Source of the DNA: Myxococcota bacterium
GTDB lineage: Bacteria > Myxococcota_A > UBA9160 > SZUA-336
Direction of reading: 5' to 3'
Assembly: GCA_965247115.1 (NCBI GenBank)
Contig: CBDFGR010000003.1
Location: 416,001 to 480,000 of the forward strand
DNA: 64,000 nt
The position numbers and the translations under genes are program-made. Each line of letters begins with the position of its first letter. Position 1 is the stretch's first letter. The notes under the pieces are model-generated. The model had not been told where the DNA came from and did not search any database. It saw nothing but the letters and a program-made list of their open reading frames with translations. Shown piece by piece: positions 10,953-19,272 of the stretch.

Positions 10953-11645
10953 CTATTCGGGGCCTTCCGCCGCAACGTCGACGTCGTCCGCACGAACGCT
11001 GTCGAGGGCCTCGCGCAGCGCGACCGCCCAGATCTTGATCATCCGCCTGGCATCCGCGTTGTTCGTGACGGGGCTGGCGCCTCCTGCACTCCCGTAGCGT
11101 CCGGCCTGGCGCCGATCGATCGCGCGAGCGAGGATGGCGCCCGTCACCGAGTCATAGAGCTCGACTAGCACGGTCGCAGCGCCGGCAGAGGTGACCCATG
11201 TCCTCGTCCTCCCCGACGACCGGGTATCGGGCGCGTTGACGACGAGATCGAGGACCGCCGGGCGCACCACCAGCACGTCCTCCCCAATGTGATCGACGAT
11301 CTCGTATCCCCCCGCCTCCAGCTCTTCCACGAATACCGAGCGGAAGACCGTTGCGACGTTGCGCTTGATCCTCTCCATGTCGTCCGTGGTGACGCCTCGG
11401 TGGTCCCTTCTCCAGTTCTTCTTGAACGCGACCTCGACCTCCAGGATCCCGATCTTGTCGTAGCCGCCAAGATTGATGTCCGGCGTGGCGTAGACCAGTG
11501 CCAGCTCGCTGTCCTGAACACGATGCAGCCCGTCGAAGCTGAGCTCGGGCGCGTCTTCGGCGGCGACCGCCGTGGCGGCAGCGAGCGGACCCAGCAGAAG
11601 TCCCGCAACTAGGGTGAAAACCAGTGAATTGACGCTCGCTCTCAT
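10953..11645 (-). CDS. Exported DUF3313-like protein
   Basis: Signal peptide, SFDGL, VNAPD, ELYDSVTGAILARAIDRR motifs. GGAGG RBS. Confidence 0.7.
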   Translation of the reverse strand: MRASVNSLVFTLVAGLLLGPLAAATAVAAEDAPELSFDGLHRVQDSELALVYATPDINLGGYDKIGILEVEVAFKKNWRRDHRGVTTDDMERIKRNVATVFRSVFVEELEAGGYEIVDHIGEDVLVVRPAVLDLVVNAPDTRSSGRTRTWVTSAGAATVLVELYDSVTGAILARAIDRRQAGRYGSAGGASPVTNNADARRMIKIWAVALREALDSVRADDVDVAAEGPE

Positions 11646-11663
11646 GGTATTGCCTCCGCGGAG

Positions 11664-11669
11664 ATTATA
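11664..11669 (-). promoter_or_regulatory. Consensus -10 box TATAAT upstream of the DUF3313-like gene
   Basis: Perfect TATAAT in a GC-rich context, 18 nt before the ATG and just ahead of the RBS. Confidence 0.55.
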
Positions 11670-11752
11670 CGCGGCCCGCACATAGAGCCGCTCTGGGAGC
11701 TGGCCGGTCGAAGCCGGGGCGCAACGGTCGCCTTCCCTCCGCGGAGAGTGTC

Positions 11753-12103
11753 CTAGTTGCCGTCTGGGGGCGAGGAAAGCTCTTCTTCCGGCCGGGGGAG
11801 CAGTCTGCGCAGAATGCCCAGCGCCCGCATGTCGACGTTGAGGAAGCGCACGGCGAAACCGCCGGTCGGCGTATGTCGGACGACCTCCCCAGCCAGCCAG
11901 TCGGGCTTGTCCGGCGAACCGGAGGGCAGGACGATCCTCAGCTGCTCGCCGACGAGCGGCCGGCGTTCGGCCTCCTCGATCCGTGCGCCCGAGAGCGAGA
12001 CGTCGAGCAGGGAGCCCTTCCCGGTCAGGATCGCACAGCGAAACTCGACCGTGGTTCGGATCTCGTAGCGCTCGGCGCCTCTTCGCTCCCGCCCCCGCCT
12101 CAT
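11753..12103 (-). CDS. PilZ domain protein (c-di-GMP receptor)
   Basis: RxxxR (ERRGAER) and DxSxxG (DVSLSG) motifs; C-terminal GFAVRF. Confidence 0.85.
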   Translation of the reverse strand: MRRGRERRGAERYEIRTTVEFRCAILTGKGSLLDVSLSGARIEEAERRPLVGEQLRIVLPSGSPDKPDWLAGEVVRHTPTGGFAVRFLNVDMRALGILRRLLPRPEEELSSPPDGN

Positions 12104-12174
12104 CGGGCGGAGAGATCGGAGCTTACACGGCCGATCTTGACCTGACCGCCGCAGTGGCGAGCCCAGCTGGGACG

Positions 12175-12498
12175 CTAGTAGCGGTTTCGGCCGCCTCCGC
12201 CTCCGCCTCCGCCTCCGCCTCCGCCTCCGCCTCCGCCGCCCCCGCCGCGGTTACGCTCCTGGGCCTCGTTCACGCGGAGGTTCCTGCCTCCGAAGTCCCT
12301 CCCATCGAGGGCCTCCATCGCAGCATCCGCCTCGCTGGCTTCGTCCATCTCGACGAAGCCAAAGCCGCGCGAGCGGCCCGTCTCGCGATCCGTGATCACG
12401 TTTACCGAGCTTACCTTACCGTGCTGCTCGAACAGGTCTCGCAGCTCGTCCTCCGAGCTCGAAAAGGAGAGGTTTCCAACGTACAACTTCTTACTCAA
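12175..12498 (-). CDS. RRM (RNP-1) RNA-binding protein with poly-Gly tail
   Basis: RNP2 LYVGNL and RNP1 RGFGFVEM. TTG start preceded by AAGGA. Confidence 0.93.
   Translation of the reverse strand: MSKKLYVGNLSFSSSEDELRDLFEQHGKVSSVNVITDRETGRSRGFGFVEMDEASEADAAMEALDGRDFGGRNLRVNEAQERNRGGGGGGGGGGGGGGGGGGGRNRY
12191..12232. repeat. (CCGCCT)7 microsatellite encoding part of a 19-Gly run
   Basis: Seven perfect hexamer copies. Confidence 0.9.
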
Positions 12499-12713
12499 CT
12501 CACGATCCTTCGCCGCGTCCCGATTCCGGGCTCGCGGCACCGGCGCCTGTTGCCAAACCGGACAGTCCGATGGGGTACCAGACGCTATGTCAACTGCCCG
12601 TCACGCCGGTCCCCAGACCTGCACGCACGGGCAGGAAAGGCAGACGCGATGTGGGAACAGAACAGCCGAGTAAAGCCAAGCTGTGAGCCGATCGGTAGGC
12701 CTCTCCGGGGAAG

Positions 12714-12742
12714 ACTCTAGCAGAGGCGTCAATTGGAGCCAA
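12714..12742 (-). promoter_or_regulatory. Putative sigma70-type promoter of the RRM gene
   Basis: TTGGCT-17 nt-TAGAGT, with an extended TGn immediately before the -10 box. Confidence 0.45.
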
Positions 12743-12866
12743 GCAAATGTAATTAGCCGGATTGGCGCGATTTTGCCCCCCTCTAGCCAACCACGCCAGG
12801 CCCAGCCACTGCTGGCGGGTCGTTTGCAACCCGCGCGACGAAGGCCAGGAGCCCGGACTTGTCCCC

Positions 12867-13676
12867 TCAGTCCGCGTCCTGCTCGAGCTCCGGCATCAGG
12901 GCGACGTGAACGCGCTGGAACTCGGACTCGATCCTGGAGATGCGCACCACGGCATCCTCGATGTCGCCGGCCCGCGCCTCCTCTTCCAGCCGCTTGCAAA
13001 GCTCGGAGAGATGGCGGGCGCCCACGTTGCTGCTGCTGGACTTGAGCGCGTGCGCAGCTTGCTGGAGCTCTGCGTCGTCACGCTTCGAGGCAGCTTCGCG
13101 CAGCCGCTCGATCAGCGGAGGGGAGCCGTACAGATACGCATTGATGACCTGCGACAGGATGGACTGCTCGCGTCTCCTCATGCCTCGCAGACCCTCGATG
13201 ACGGTCCGATCGATCGGCCCGTCCACATCGTGGGGCTCGGAGCGCGACGCCGCCTCCGCGCGGTCGAGCAGGCGGATGCCTGCCTGCGCCTGGCTGGCAC
13301 GCACGAGGTACTTGGCCCGGTGGCCCAGCAGCACCGGCTGGATCGGCTTGGTGATGAAGTCCGTTGCGCCAACGTCGAAGGCCCTCTCGATCGAGCTCAG
13401 ATCATCGAGGCCGGTCATGATGAGGATCGGCGTGGTGCTGCCGCTGGCGGTACTGCGCAGCGTCGAGCACACCTCGAATCCGTTCACGAGCGGCATATCC
13501 ACGTCGAGGATCACGAGGTCTGGACGGATGCGCTGGAAGTCCGCAAGGGCTTGCCTGCCGTCCGCTGCCTCCATCACGTGGAAGCCGGCCTCCTCCAGTG
13601 CCGCAGCGCAGAGAATTCGGAGACCGGGGTCGTCGTCGGCAATCAACACCAGGGGGCTGTCGGACGCAGCGCTCAT
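12867..13676 (-). CDS. Response regulator, REC + Hpt domains
   Basis: VLIADDD...LVILDVDMP...DFITKP receiver; [13 protein letters not shown]pt. ATGA overlap with the kinase stop. Confidence 0.85.
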   Translation of the reverse strand: MSAASDSPLVLIADDDPGLRILCAAALEEAGFHVMEAADGRQALADFQRIRPDLVILDVDMPLVNGFEVCSTLRSTASGSTTPILIMTGLDDLSSIERAFDVGATDFITKPIQPVLLGHRAKYLVRASQAQAGIRLLDRAEAASRSEPHDVDGPIDRTVIEGLRGMRRREQSILSQVINAYLYGSPPLIERLREAASKRDDAELQQAAHALKSSSSNVGARHLSELCKRLEEEARAGDIEDAVVRISRIESEFQRVHVALMPELEQDAD

Positions 13677-16087
13677 TCCGTCTTCCTCTCGACCTGCGAC
13701 ATGAGCGCCTCCTGCGCCCGCTTGTACTCTTCCCAGATCCCTGTCACCTGCTCTTCGGCATCCGGGACAGCTCCCTGTCGCGCTGCGTTCTCGAGCTCCT
13801 TGCAGAGCGCGGCCAGGGTACGAGCCCCGACGGTACCGCTGCTGGACTTGAGGGCGTGTGCACTCGCTCGCAGCCCGTTCGGATCGCCGCGTCCTGCCGC
13901 TTCTCGCAGGCGCTCGAGCAGCGGCGGCGTGCTGGTCAGATACGCGTCGACGATCAGCGGAATCACGGGCTTGCCGTTGCGACGCAGCTCTCTCATGGCG
14001 TCGAGGACAGTCATGTCGATGGCGCCGACAGCCTCGGGAGCCTTCGGCCGCACAGCCTCTACGGGATCGCGTTGTGTTGGGTCTTCGCCTTGCAGCTGAC
14101 ACAGGAGGTTCTGCAGCTGCTCCAGCTTGTAGGGCTTGGCCAGGTACTCGTCGAAGCCGGAAGCGAGACAGCGTTCCCGGTCCCCCTCCATCGCGTTCGC
14201 GGTGAGCGCGACGATCGGGGTGCGGCGCAAGGCGCCCTCCTGCTCGCTGGTACGGATCAGCGCGGTTGCTTCGTAGCCGTCCATCTCAGGCATCTGGCAA
14301 TCCATGAGCACGACGTTGAAGGCCCCCCGCCCGACGGCCTCGACGGCAGCGCGGCCATTCTCGACGATCTCCGCCGAGCAGCCGAGCTCTTGCAGCATCG
14401 CCAGCGCGACCTCCTGGTTGACGGGGTGATCCTCTGCGAGGAGGACGTGGCATGGCAGCTGCGGGAGTGGCGCCGCAGCGTCGGAGCTCGCGGCCGATGC
14501 GGGGGAGTCTCCGGAGCGTTGCCCGAGCGCCTCGGTCAGGCAGCCCTGCAGGTCGTCACGGCGAACGGGCTTTGCGATCCAGCTCGAGATTCCGTACTGG
14601 CGCAGCGCGTCCGGCTCGATCTCCTGGGCCATCGATGTCAAGATCACGAGCCGCAAGCTTGGAATCTCGGCGTCGGTGGTGATCTCCCGCGCGAGATCGA
14701 GCGCGTTCATCTCCGGCATCTCCATGTCGATCAGGGCGAGCTGGTAGGGGTCGTTGCGGGCGCCCGCGCGGAGCAGCTCCAGAGCGCGAGAGCCGCTGTG
14801 GGCCTCGTCGCAGCGCATGCCCCAGGACGTGACCTGCTCGCAGACGACGCCGCGGCTCGTCGCGTTGTCGTCCACGACGAGAATGCGCAGGTCCGGCGGG
14901 AACCCTGCCGGTGCGCCCTTCTGGGCACTCGCGGAGCATCGATACGATGCCGTGAACCAGAAGGTCGAGCCCACCCCGGGCTGACTCTCCACTCCGATTC
15001 CCCCGCCCATCAGCTCGGAGAGCTGCTTGGCGATCACGAGCCCCAGCCCGGTGCCGCCGTACTTGCGTGTGGTCGACTCCTCGGCCTGGCGAAAGGGCTC
15101 GAAGAGTCGGTCGCACTTGCCCGGCTCGATGCCGATCCCTGTATCCCTGACGTAGGAATGCAGGAAGACCTCGCGCTCCCCGTCGGCTTCGTGATCCGAG
15201 ACCTTCCAGACTTCGACGACCACCTCCCCCACACTCGTGAACTTGAGCGCGTTCGAGACGAGGTTCATGTAGATCTGCCGCAAGCGCGTGCGGTCACCGA
15301 CCAGCACGTCGGGAACTTCCGGGTCGATGCGCGCCACGAGCTCGATTCCTTTCTCGTGGGCCTGCCCTTCCAGCAGCTCCAGGACCTCCTCTATGACTTC
15401 CCGGATCTCGAACTCGGCCTCCTCGAGCTCGACCTCGCTGGCTTCGATCTTCGACAGATCGAGGATGCTGTTGATTACGTGGAGCAGCGATTCGCCCGAA
15501 CGCTGGATCGTCACCACGGAGTGTCGCTGCCGATCGCTCAGCTCGGTGCGCAGGAGCAGCTCGGTCATCCCGATGAGACCATTCAGAGGGGTCCGGATCT
15601 CGTGGCTCATGTTCGCCAGGAAGCCGGACTTTGCCTGGCTCGCTTGCTTGGCCTGGCGTGCCGATCGGAAGGCCCGGCGCATGGCGGACTGAAGGGCGAC
15701 CGTGCGGTCCGAGCTCTGGGTCTGAAGCTCCTCCTGCAGTGGCTTCAGGCGAGTCAGCATGTGATTGAAGGCGTCGACGAGCTTGCCGATCTCGTCGTCC
15801 GAGTCCTTGGTCGCACGGATGGAGTAGTCCTGGCTGTCCGCGATCTGCTTTGCTGTCTCTCCGAGCCGCGCAATTGGGGTGCTCACCGTGCGCCGCACGA
15901 AGGTCGCCAGCGCAATACCGAGCAGGCCGATCACGGCCAGGCCCGCTGCAACGAGGAGCGTTAGCTCGAACAGGCGGGAGCGCAGCTCGACGCTGTCGAA
16001 CCAGCTGACCGCCGCGAACGCGAGGGTCAGCGCGACAACGGCGCCCAGCATGCTCAGCGCGGAGAGCTTCCGCTGGATTCGAGTCAT
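13673..16087 (-). CDS. Hybrid histidine kinase (2TM-HAMP-HisKA-HATPase-REC-REC-Hpt), BarA/GacS-like
   Basis: [37 protein letters not shown], two receivers and C-terminal [13 protein letters not shown]. Confidence 0.92.
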   Translation of the reverse strand: MTRIQRKLSALSMLGAVVALTLAFAAVSWFDSVELRSRLFELTLLVAAGLAVIGLLGIALATFVRRTVSTPIARLGETAKQIADSQDYSIRATKDSDDEIGKLVDAFNHMLTRLKPLQEELQTQSSDRTVALQSAMRRAFRSARQAKQASQAKSGFLANMSHEIRTPLNGLIGMTELLLRTELSDRQRHSVVTIQRSGESLLHVINSILDLSKIEASEVELEEAEFEIREVIEEVLELLEGQAHEKGIELVARIDPEVPDVLVGDRTRLRQIYMNLVSNALKFTSVGEVVVEVWKVSDHEADGEREVFLHSYVRDTGIGIEPGKCDRLFEPFRQAEESTTRKYGGTGLGLVIAKQLSELMGGGIGVESQPGVGSTFWFTASYRCSASAQKGAPAGFPPDLRILVVDDNATSRGVVCEQVTSWGMRCDEAHSGSRALELLRAGARNDPYQLALIDMEMPEMNALDLAREITTDAEIPSLRLVILTSMAQEIEPDALRQYGISSWIAKPVRRDDLQGCLTEALGQRSGDSPASAASSDAAAPLPQLPCHVLLAEDHPVNQEVALAMLQELGCSAEIVENGRAAVEAVGRGAFNVVLMDCQMPEMDGYEATALIRTSEQEGALRRTPIVALTANAMEGDRERCLASGFDEYLAKPYKLEQLQNLLCQLQGEDPTQRDPVEAVRPKAPEAVGAIDMTVLDAMRELRRNGKPVIPLIVDAYLTSTPPLLERLREAAGRGDPNGLRASAHALKSSSGTVGARTLAALCKELENAARQGAVPDAEEQVTGIWEEYKRAQEALMSQVERKTE

Positions 16088-16211
16088 GGGTGACCTCTGT
16101 TGCTCATTGAGCGCGACCAGGCACGGGTGTCCGCACTATGGTGATCGGGCGGACGGCCTCCGGGATTGAAAATATAACTCGAGAAAAGGGGCACCCGTGT
16201 CGCGGGCGCGC

Positions 16212-16652
16212 CTAGCGCAGCGCGTCGATCGACGAGCGGAGCGTCTCGCCCACCTCGCGCATCTGCTCGTCGCTGGCGTACTTCGTGCGAGGCCAGAAGA
16301 AGCCGCGCAGACCGTCCTTGCGCCGCCGCGGCACCACGTGCACGTGCAGGTGCGGAACGCTCTGGCTGATCCGGTGGTTCATGGCGATGAAGCTGCCCTC
16401 CGCACCGAGCCCGCGCTCGAGCGCTCGCGCGAGCAATCGCACATTCGTGAAGACCGGACCGACCAGCTCGGGCGGTAGGTCGAGCAGCGTCTCGTAGTGC
16501 CCGCGTGGAACGAGCAGGCAATGGCCGTGAAAGAGCGGCCGACGATCGAGAAACGCGAAGCACGTCTCGTCCTCGAACACAGCGCACGACTCGAGCTCAC
16601 CGCCAACGATGCGGCAGAACATGCAGCAGGCTTGTGTGGGTCCGGCGGTCAA
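16212..16652 (-). CDS. HIT family nucleotide hydrolase
   Basis: CMFCRIV and QSVPHLHVHVVPR histidine triad. Confidence 0.9.
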   Translation of the reverse strand: MTAGPTQACCMFCRIVGGELESCAVFEDETCFAFLDRRPLFHGHCLLVPRGHYETLLDLPPELVGPVFTNVRLLARALERGLGAEGSFIAMNHRISQSVPHLHVHVVPRRRKDGLRGFFWPRTKYASDEQMREVGETLRSSIDALR

Positions 16653-16682
16653 CGTCTAGCCGATCAAGAACGTGCGTTCGCT

Positions 16683-16700
16683 ACTGGTCCCGGGACCAGT
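16683..16700. repeat. Perfect 18-bp palindrome ACTGGTCCCGGGACCAGT
   Basis: Self-complementary sequence seen directly. Confidence 0.9.
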
Positions 16701-16958
16701 GCGTTCATAACAATATTTCTTGAAAAAAAGCAAGAGATCCTTTGATAGGTTTCGAGAACTCGAGCGAGATGAAGCGAGTTCTGCGCTAGAACTTCGTTCC
16801 TCAGAGCTGTGATGCGTCTCTGCGAGTTGTTCTGCGGATTTCTGGCCGCGAAGTCTCAGTCTCGCTCGATTGCCCGGCATAGCAAATTCTCCGACACCGA
16901 AATACGTCGTGTTATCTTTCGGATCTCACCACTTCTTGGTCCCGGAGGAAAGACACTA

Positions 16959-18032
16959 ATGGAGGGTTCTCTTAAGACCGTCTCTGACGACAGACTGCTC
17001 AGAGGCCTCGACGCGCTCGTAACGAGGACTCGTCAGAACGAGGCGGAGCTGCTCACCTACCTAGCAGAGGTCGACACGCGAAAGCTCTATCTAGCAGAGG
17101 GCTACTCGTGCATGTTCCTCTACTGTACGGACGCGCTCCACTTCTCGGAGGCGTCGGCCTATCGTCGCATCGCGATCGCTCGCGCCGCGCGTGTACATCC
17201 GCTCTTGCTCGAGCGAATCCGTGAGGGGGCGCTGCATCTCGCAGGGGCGAAGTTGCTCGCTCCCCATCTGACTCCGGAGAACCGGGGAGAGTTGCTCGAT
17301 TTGGCTCGTCACAAGAGCAAGCGTGCGATCGAAGTGCTCCTTGCTGACCGCGCTCCAAAGCCGGACGTGCCGGCGCGAGTCAGGCAGCTCCCCGAGCGCA
17401 GGCCGGCCTCTGCTGTCCGGATGCGCCCGGAGATTGAGTCCAGGCACGAGGCTCCGAGACAGGAGACGGCTTCCTCGCCTTCGGTGCCACGCGCTCCGAG
17501 TGCTGCGCCGAGCCCTCTCGGCGGCAAGCGCTTCAAGATCCAGTTCACTGGCGACCAGGCGCTCTGCGACAAGCTGCGCCAGGCACAGGGGCTGCTCCGC
17601 CACCAGGTTCCGGACGGCGACATTGCGGAGATCTTCGATCGAGCCCTTACGTTGCTGGTTGGAGACGTGAAGCGGAAGAGGTTCGGCCAGACGTCGAGAC
17701 CCCGAAGACGGTCGAAGGCTACGAAGAAGCCCGGAGCCGTTTCTCGGCATATCCCGGCGGAGATCAAACGGGCCGTCTTCGCGCGGGACGGAGGTCGGTG
17801 TACGTTCGTAGGGCCGAACGGTCGCCTCTGCGGCTCAGGTGACTTCCTCGAGTTCCATCACCAGGACCCCTGGGCCAGGACGAAGCGGCACTCGATCGGG
17901 CGAATCGAGCTCCGCTGTCGGGGGCACAATCAGTACGCGGCGTTGCAGGACTATGGGGCTGACTACATGGCGCGGTTCGCCAGACGAGACGACTGCGCTC
18001 GGGCGCAGCTGGACGTGGAGGGGCGGGAATGA
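16959..18032 (+). CDS. HNH-domain protein with DUF222-like helical N-terminus (repeat-family nuclease)
   Basis: N-terminal LAEVDTRKLYL..GYSCMFLYC..LHFSE..AYRRI; C-terminal RHIPAEIKRAVFARDGGRCTF..C..LEFHH..LRCRGHN. GGAGG RBS. Confidence 0.8.
   Translation: MEGSLKTVSDDRLLRGLDALVTRTRQNEAELLTYLAEVDTRKLYLAEGYSCMFLYCTDALHFSEASAYRRIAIARAARVHPLLLERIREGALHLAGAKLLAPHLTPENRGELLDLARHKSKRAIEVLLADRAPKPDVPARVRQLPERRPASAVRMRPEIESRHEAPRQETASSPSVPRAPSAAPSPLGGKRFKIQFTGDQALCDKLRQAQGLLRHQVPDGDIAEIFDRALTLLVGDVKRKRFGQTSRPRRRSKATKKPGAVSRHIPAEIKRAVFARDGGRCTFVGPNGRLCGSGDFLEFHHQDPWARTKRHSIGRIELRCRGHNQYAALQDYGADYMARFARRDDCARAQLDVEGRE
17992..18008. repeat. Near-perfect palindrome ACTGCGCTCGGGCGCAG at the 3' end of the HNH gene
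   Basis: CTGCGC/GCGCAG stem with a TCGG centre; same geometry as the 16683 palindrome. Confidence 0.75.
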
Positions 18033-18979
18033 GCCAGGTCGATCTCGTCACCGGGGCGTTCGGGTTTACCGGGCGGCACATCGCGGCGCGCTTACTCGGG
18101 CGTGGAGGACGGGTGCGGACGCTGAGCGGCCTACCCTCGCCCACGGGAAGCAAGATCGAGGCCCTTCCCTACTCGTTTGAAGACCGTGGGCGGCTCGTCG
18201 CGAGCCTCGAGGGGGTGCAGACGCTCTACAACACGTACTGGGTTCGCTTTGATCACGGGCGCGTGTCGTACGAGCGGGCTGTCGCGAATACGCGGTCGCT
18301 GTTTGCGGCGGCGCGCGATGCGGGCGTACAGCGGGTGGTGCACGTGAGTATTGCGAATCCGGAGGGGAATTCGGATCTGCCGTATTACCGGGGGAAGGAG
18401 CTGCTCGAGCGGGAGCTGGTCGGGTCCGGGATGTCGTATGCGATCTTGCGGCCGACGGTGCTGTTCGGGGATCGGGGGATTCTGATCAACAACATCGCGT
18501 GGCTGCTGCGGCGGTTGCCCGTGTTCGCGATCGTGCGTAGGGAGTATGGGCTGCAGCCGGTGCATGTGGATGATCTGGCGCGGGTGGCGGTCGAAGCAGG
18601 GGACTCGAACGAAGCGTTGATCGCGGACGTTGCGGGGCCGGAGGTGTTCACGTACGAGGAGCTCGTCCGCGCGATCCGGGGCAGCGTGGGGAGTCGGTCG
18701 CTGGTGGTGCACGTACCTGCGGTGCTGGGGCTCTGGCTCGGGCGCGTTCTGGGGCTGTTCGTACGGGATGTATTGGTCACGCGGGACGAGCTCCGCGGGC
18801 TGCGTCGGAACCTGCTGGTGTCTCTGGAGGAGCCGCGGGGAGAGATCAGCTTGCGAGAATGGCTCGAGCGGAACCGTGACTCGGTGGGTACGCAGTATCT
18901 GTCGGAGCTCGGGTTGCACTATCGCGACCGCGAGGCTCGCGACCGCGAGGCTCGCGCCGCGAATTCGAGTGCTGGCTGA
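18029..18979 (+). CDS. NAD(P)-dependent epimerase/dehydratase (atypical SDR, NDUFA9-like)
   Basis: VTGAFGFTG Rossmann motif, YYRGK, ILRPTVLFG, QPVHVDD. ATGA overlap with the HNH stop. Confidence 0.85.
   Translation: MSQVDLVTGAFGFTGRHIAARLLGRGGRVRTLSGLPSPTGSKIEALPYSFEDRGRLVASLEGVQTLYNTYWVRFDHGRVSYERAVANTRSLFAAARDAGVQRVVHVSIANPEGNSDLPYYRGKELLERELVGSGMSYAILRPTVLFGDRGILINNIAWLLRRLPVFAIVRREYGLQPVHVDDLARVAVEAGDSNEALIADVAGPEVFTYEELVRAIRGSVGSRSLVVHVPAVLGLWLGRVLGLFVRDVLVTRDELRGLRRNLLVSLEEPRGEISLREWLERNRDSVGTQYLSELGLHYRDREARDREARAANSSAG
18922..18956. repeat. 15-bp tandem duplication (TCGCGACCGCGAGGC x2 plus a partial copy)
   Basis: Seen directly; encodes RDREARDREAR. Confidence 0.85.
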
Positions 18980-19021
18980 CGAGGAGCTGCCCGCGGACAC
19001 GGCCGCCGAGCCGGACGCGGG

Positions 19022-19210
19022 CTAGCGGAGCTTCAGGTACTCGCGCATCACGCAAAGCGGGCGGAAGCCCAGCGCGAAAAGATCGCACTTGAACTGGCGG
19101 TGTCCGAGCTCGGCGAACTCGTGCTCGACCGCGCGCAGCAGCTCGTCGATCTCGCTCGGAGTGGACGCGCGTGTCGCACAGGCGCGGTCGAGGAGCTCCG
19201 GTTCCGACAT
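19022..19210 (-). CDS. Small hypothetical protein (62 aa)
   Basis: Fills the gap between genes with host-like codon usage; no recognised family. Confidence 0.45.
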   Translation of the reverse strand: MSEPELLDRACATRASTPSEIDELLRAVEHEFAELGHRQFKCDLFALGFRPLCVMREYLKLR

Positions 19211-19272
19211 GGCCAGCGAGGATGCCAGCTCGCGGGGGCGCGACCGTGGTCCTGCGTTAGGATTAGGCAACG

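Noticed and set aside
12191..12232. Microsatellite as a phase-variation switch
   Set aside because: The hexamer unit keeps the frame and only changes poly-Gly length, which is ordinary for RRM tails.
12762..12776. Sigma54-like TGGCGCG…TTGC
   Set aside because: GG-to-GC spacing is one base short of the strict -24/-12 geometry, and there is no downstream plus-strand gene.
13598..15964. 788-aa plus-strand ORF, and similar long shadow ORFs (47666-49162, 52987-54807, 19048-20328)
   Set aside because: They are antisense to well-supported genes, as expected in high-GC DNA, and show no protein motifs.
16959..18032. HNH gene as IscB/Cas9-like or group II intron protein
   Set aside because: No PLMP, RuvC or reverse-transcriptase motifs, and no CRISPR array nearby.
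18922..18956. 15-bp duplication as a target-site duplication of the HNH element
   Set aside because: The copies are adjacent and I found no matching copy on the other side of the element; slippage is more likely.
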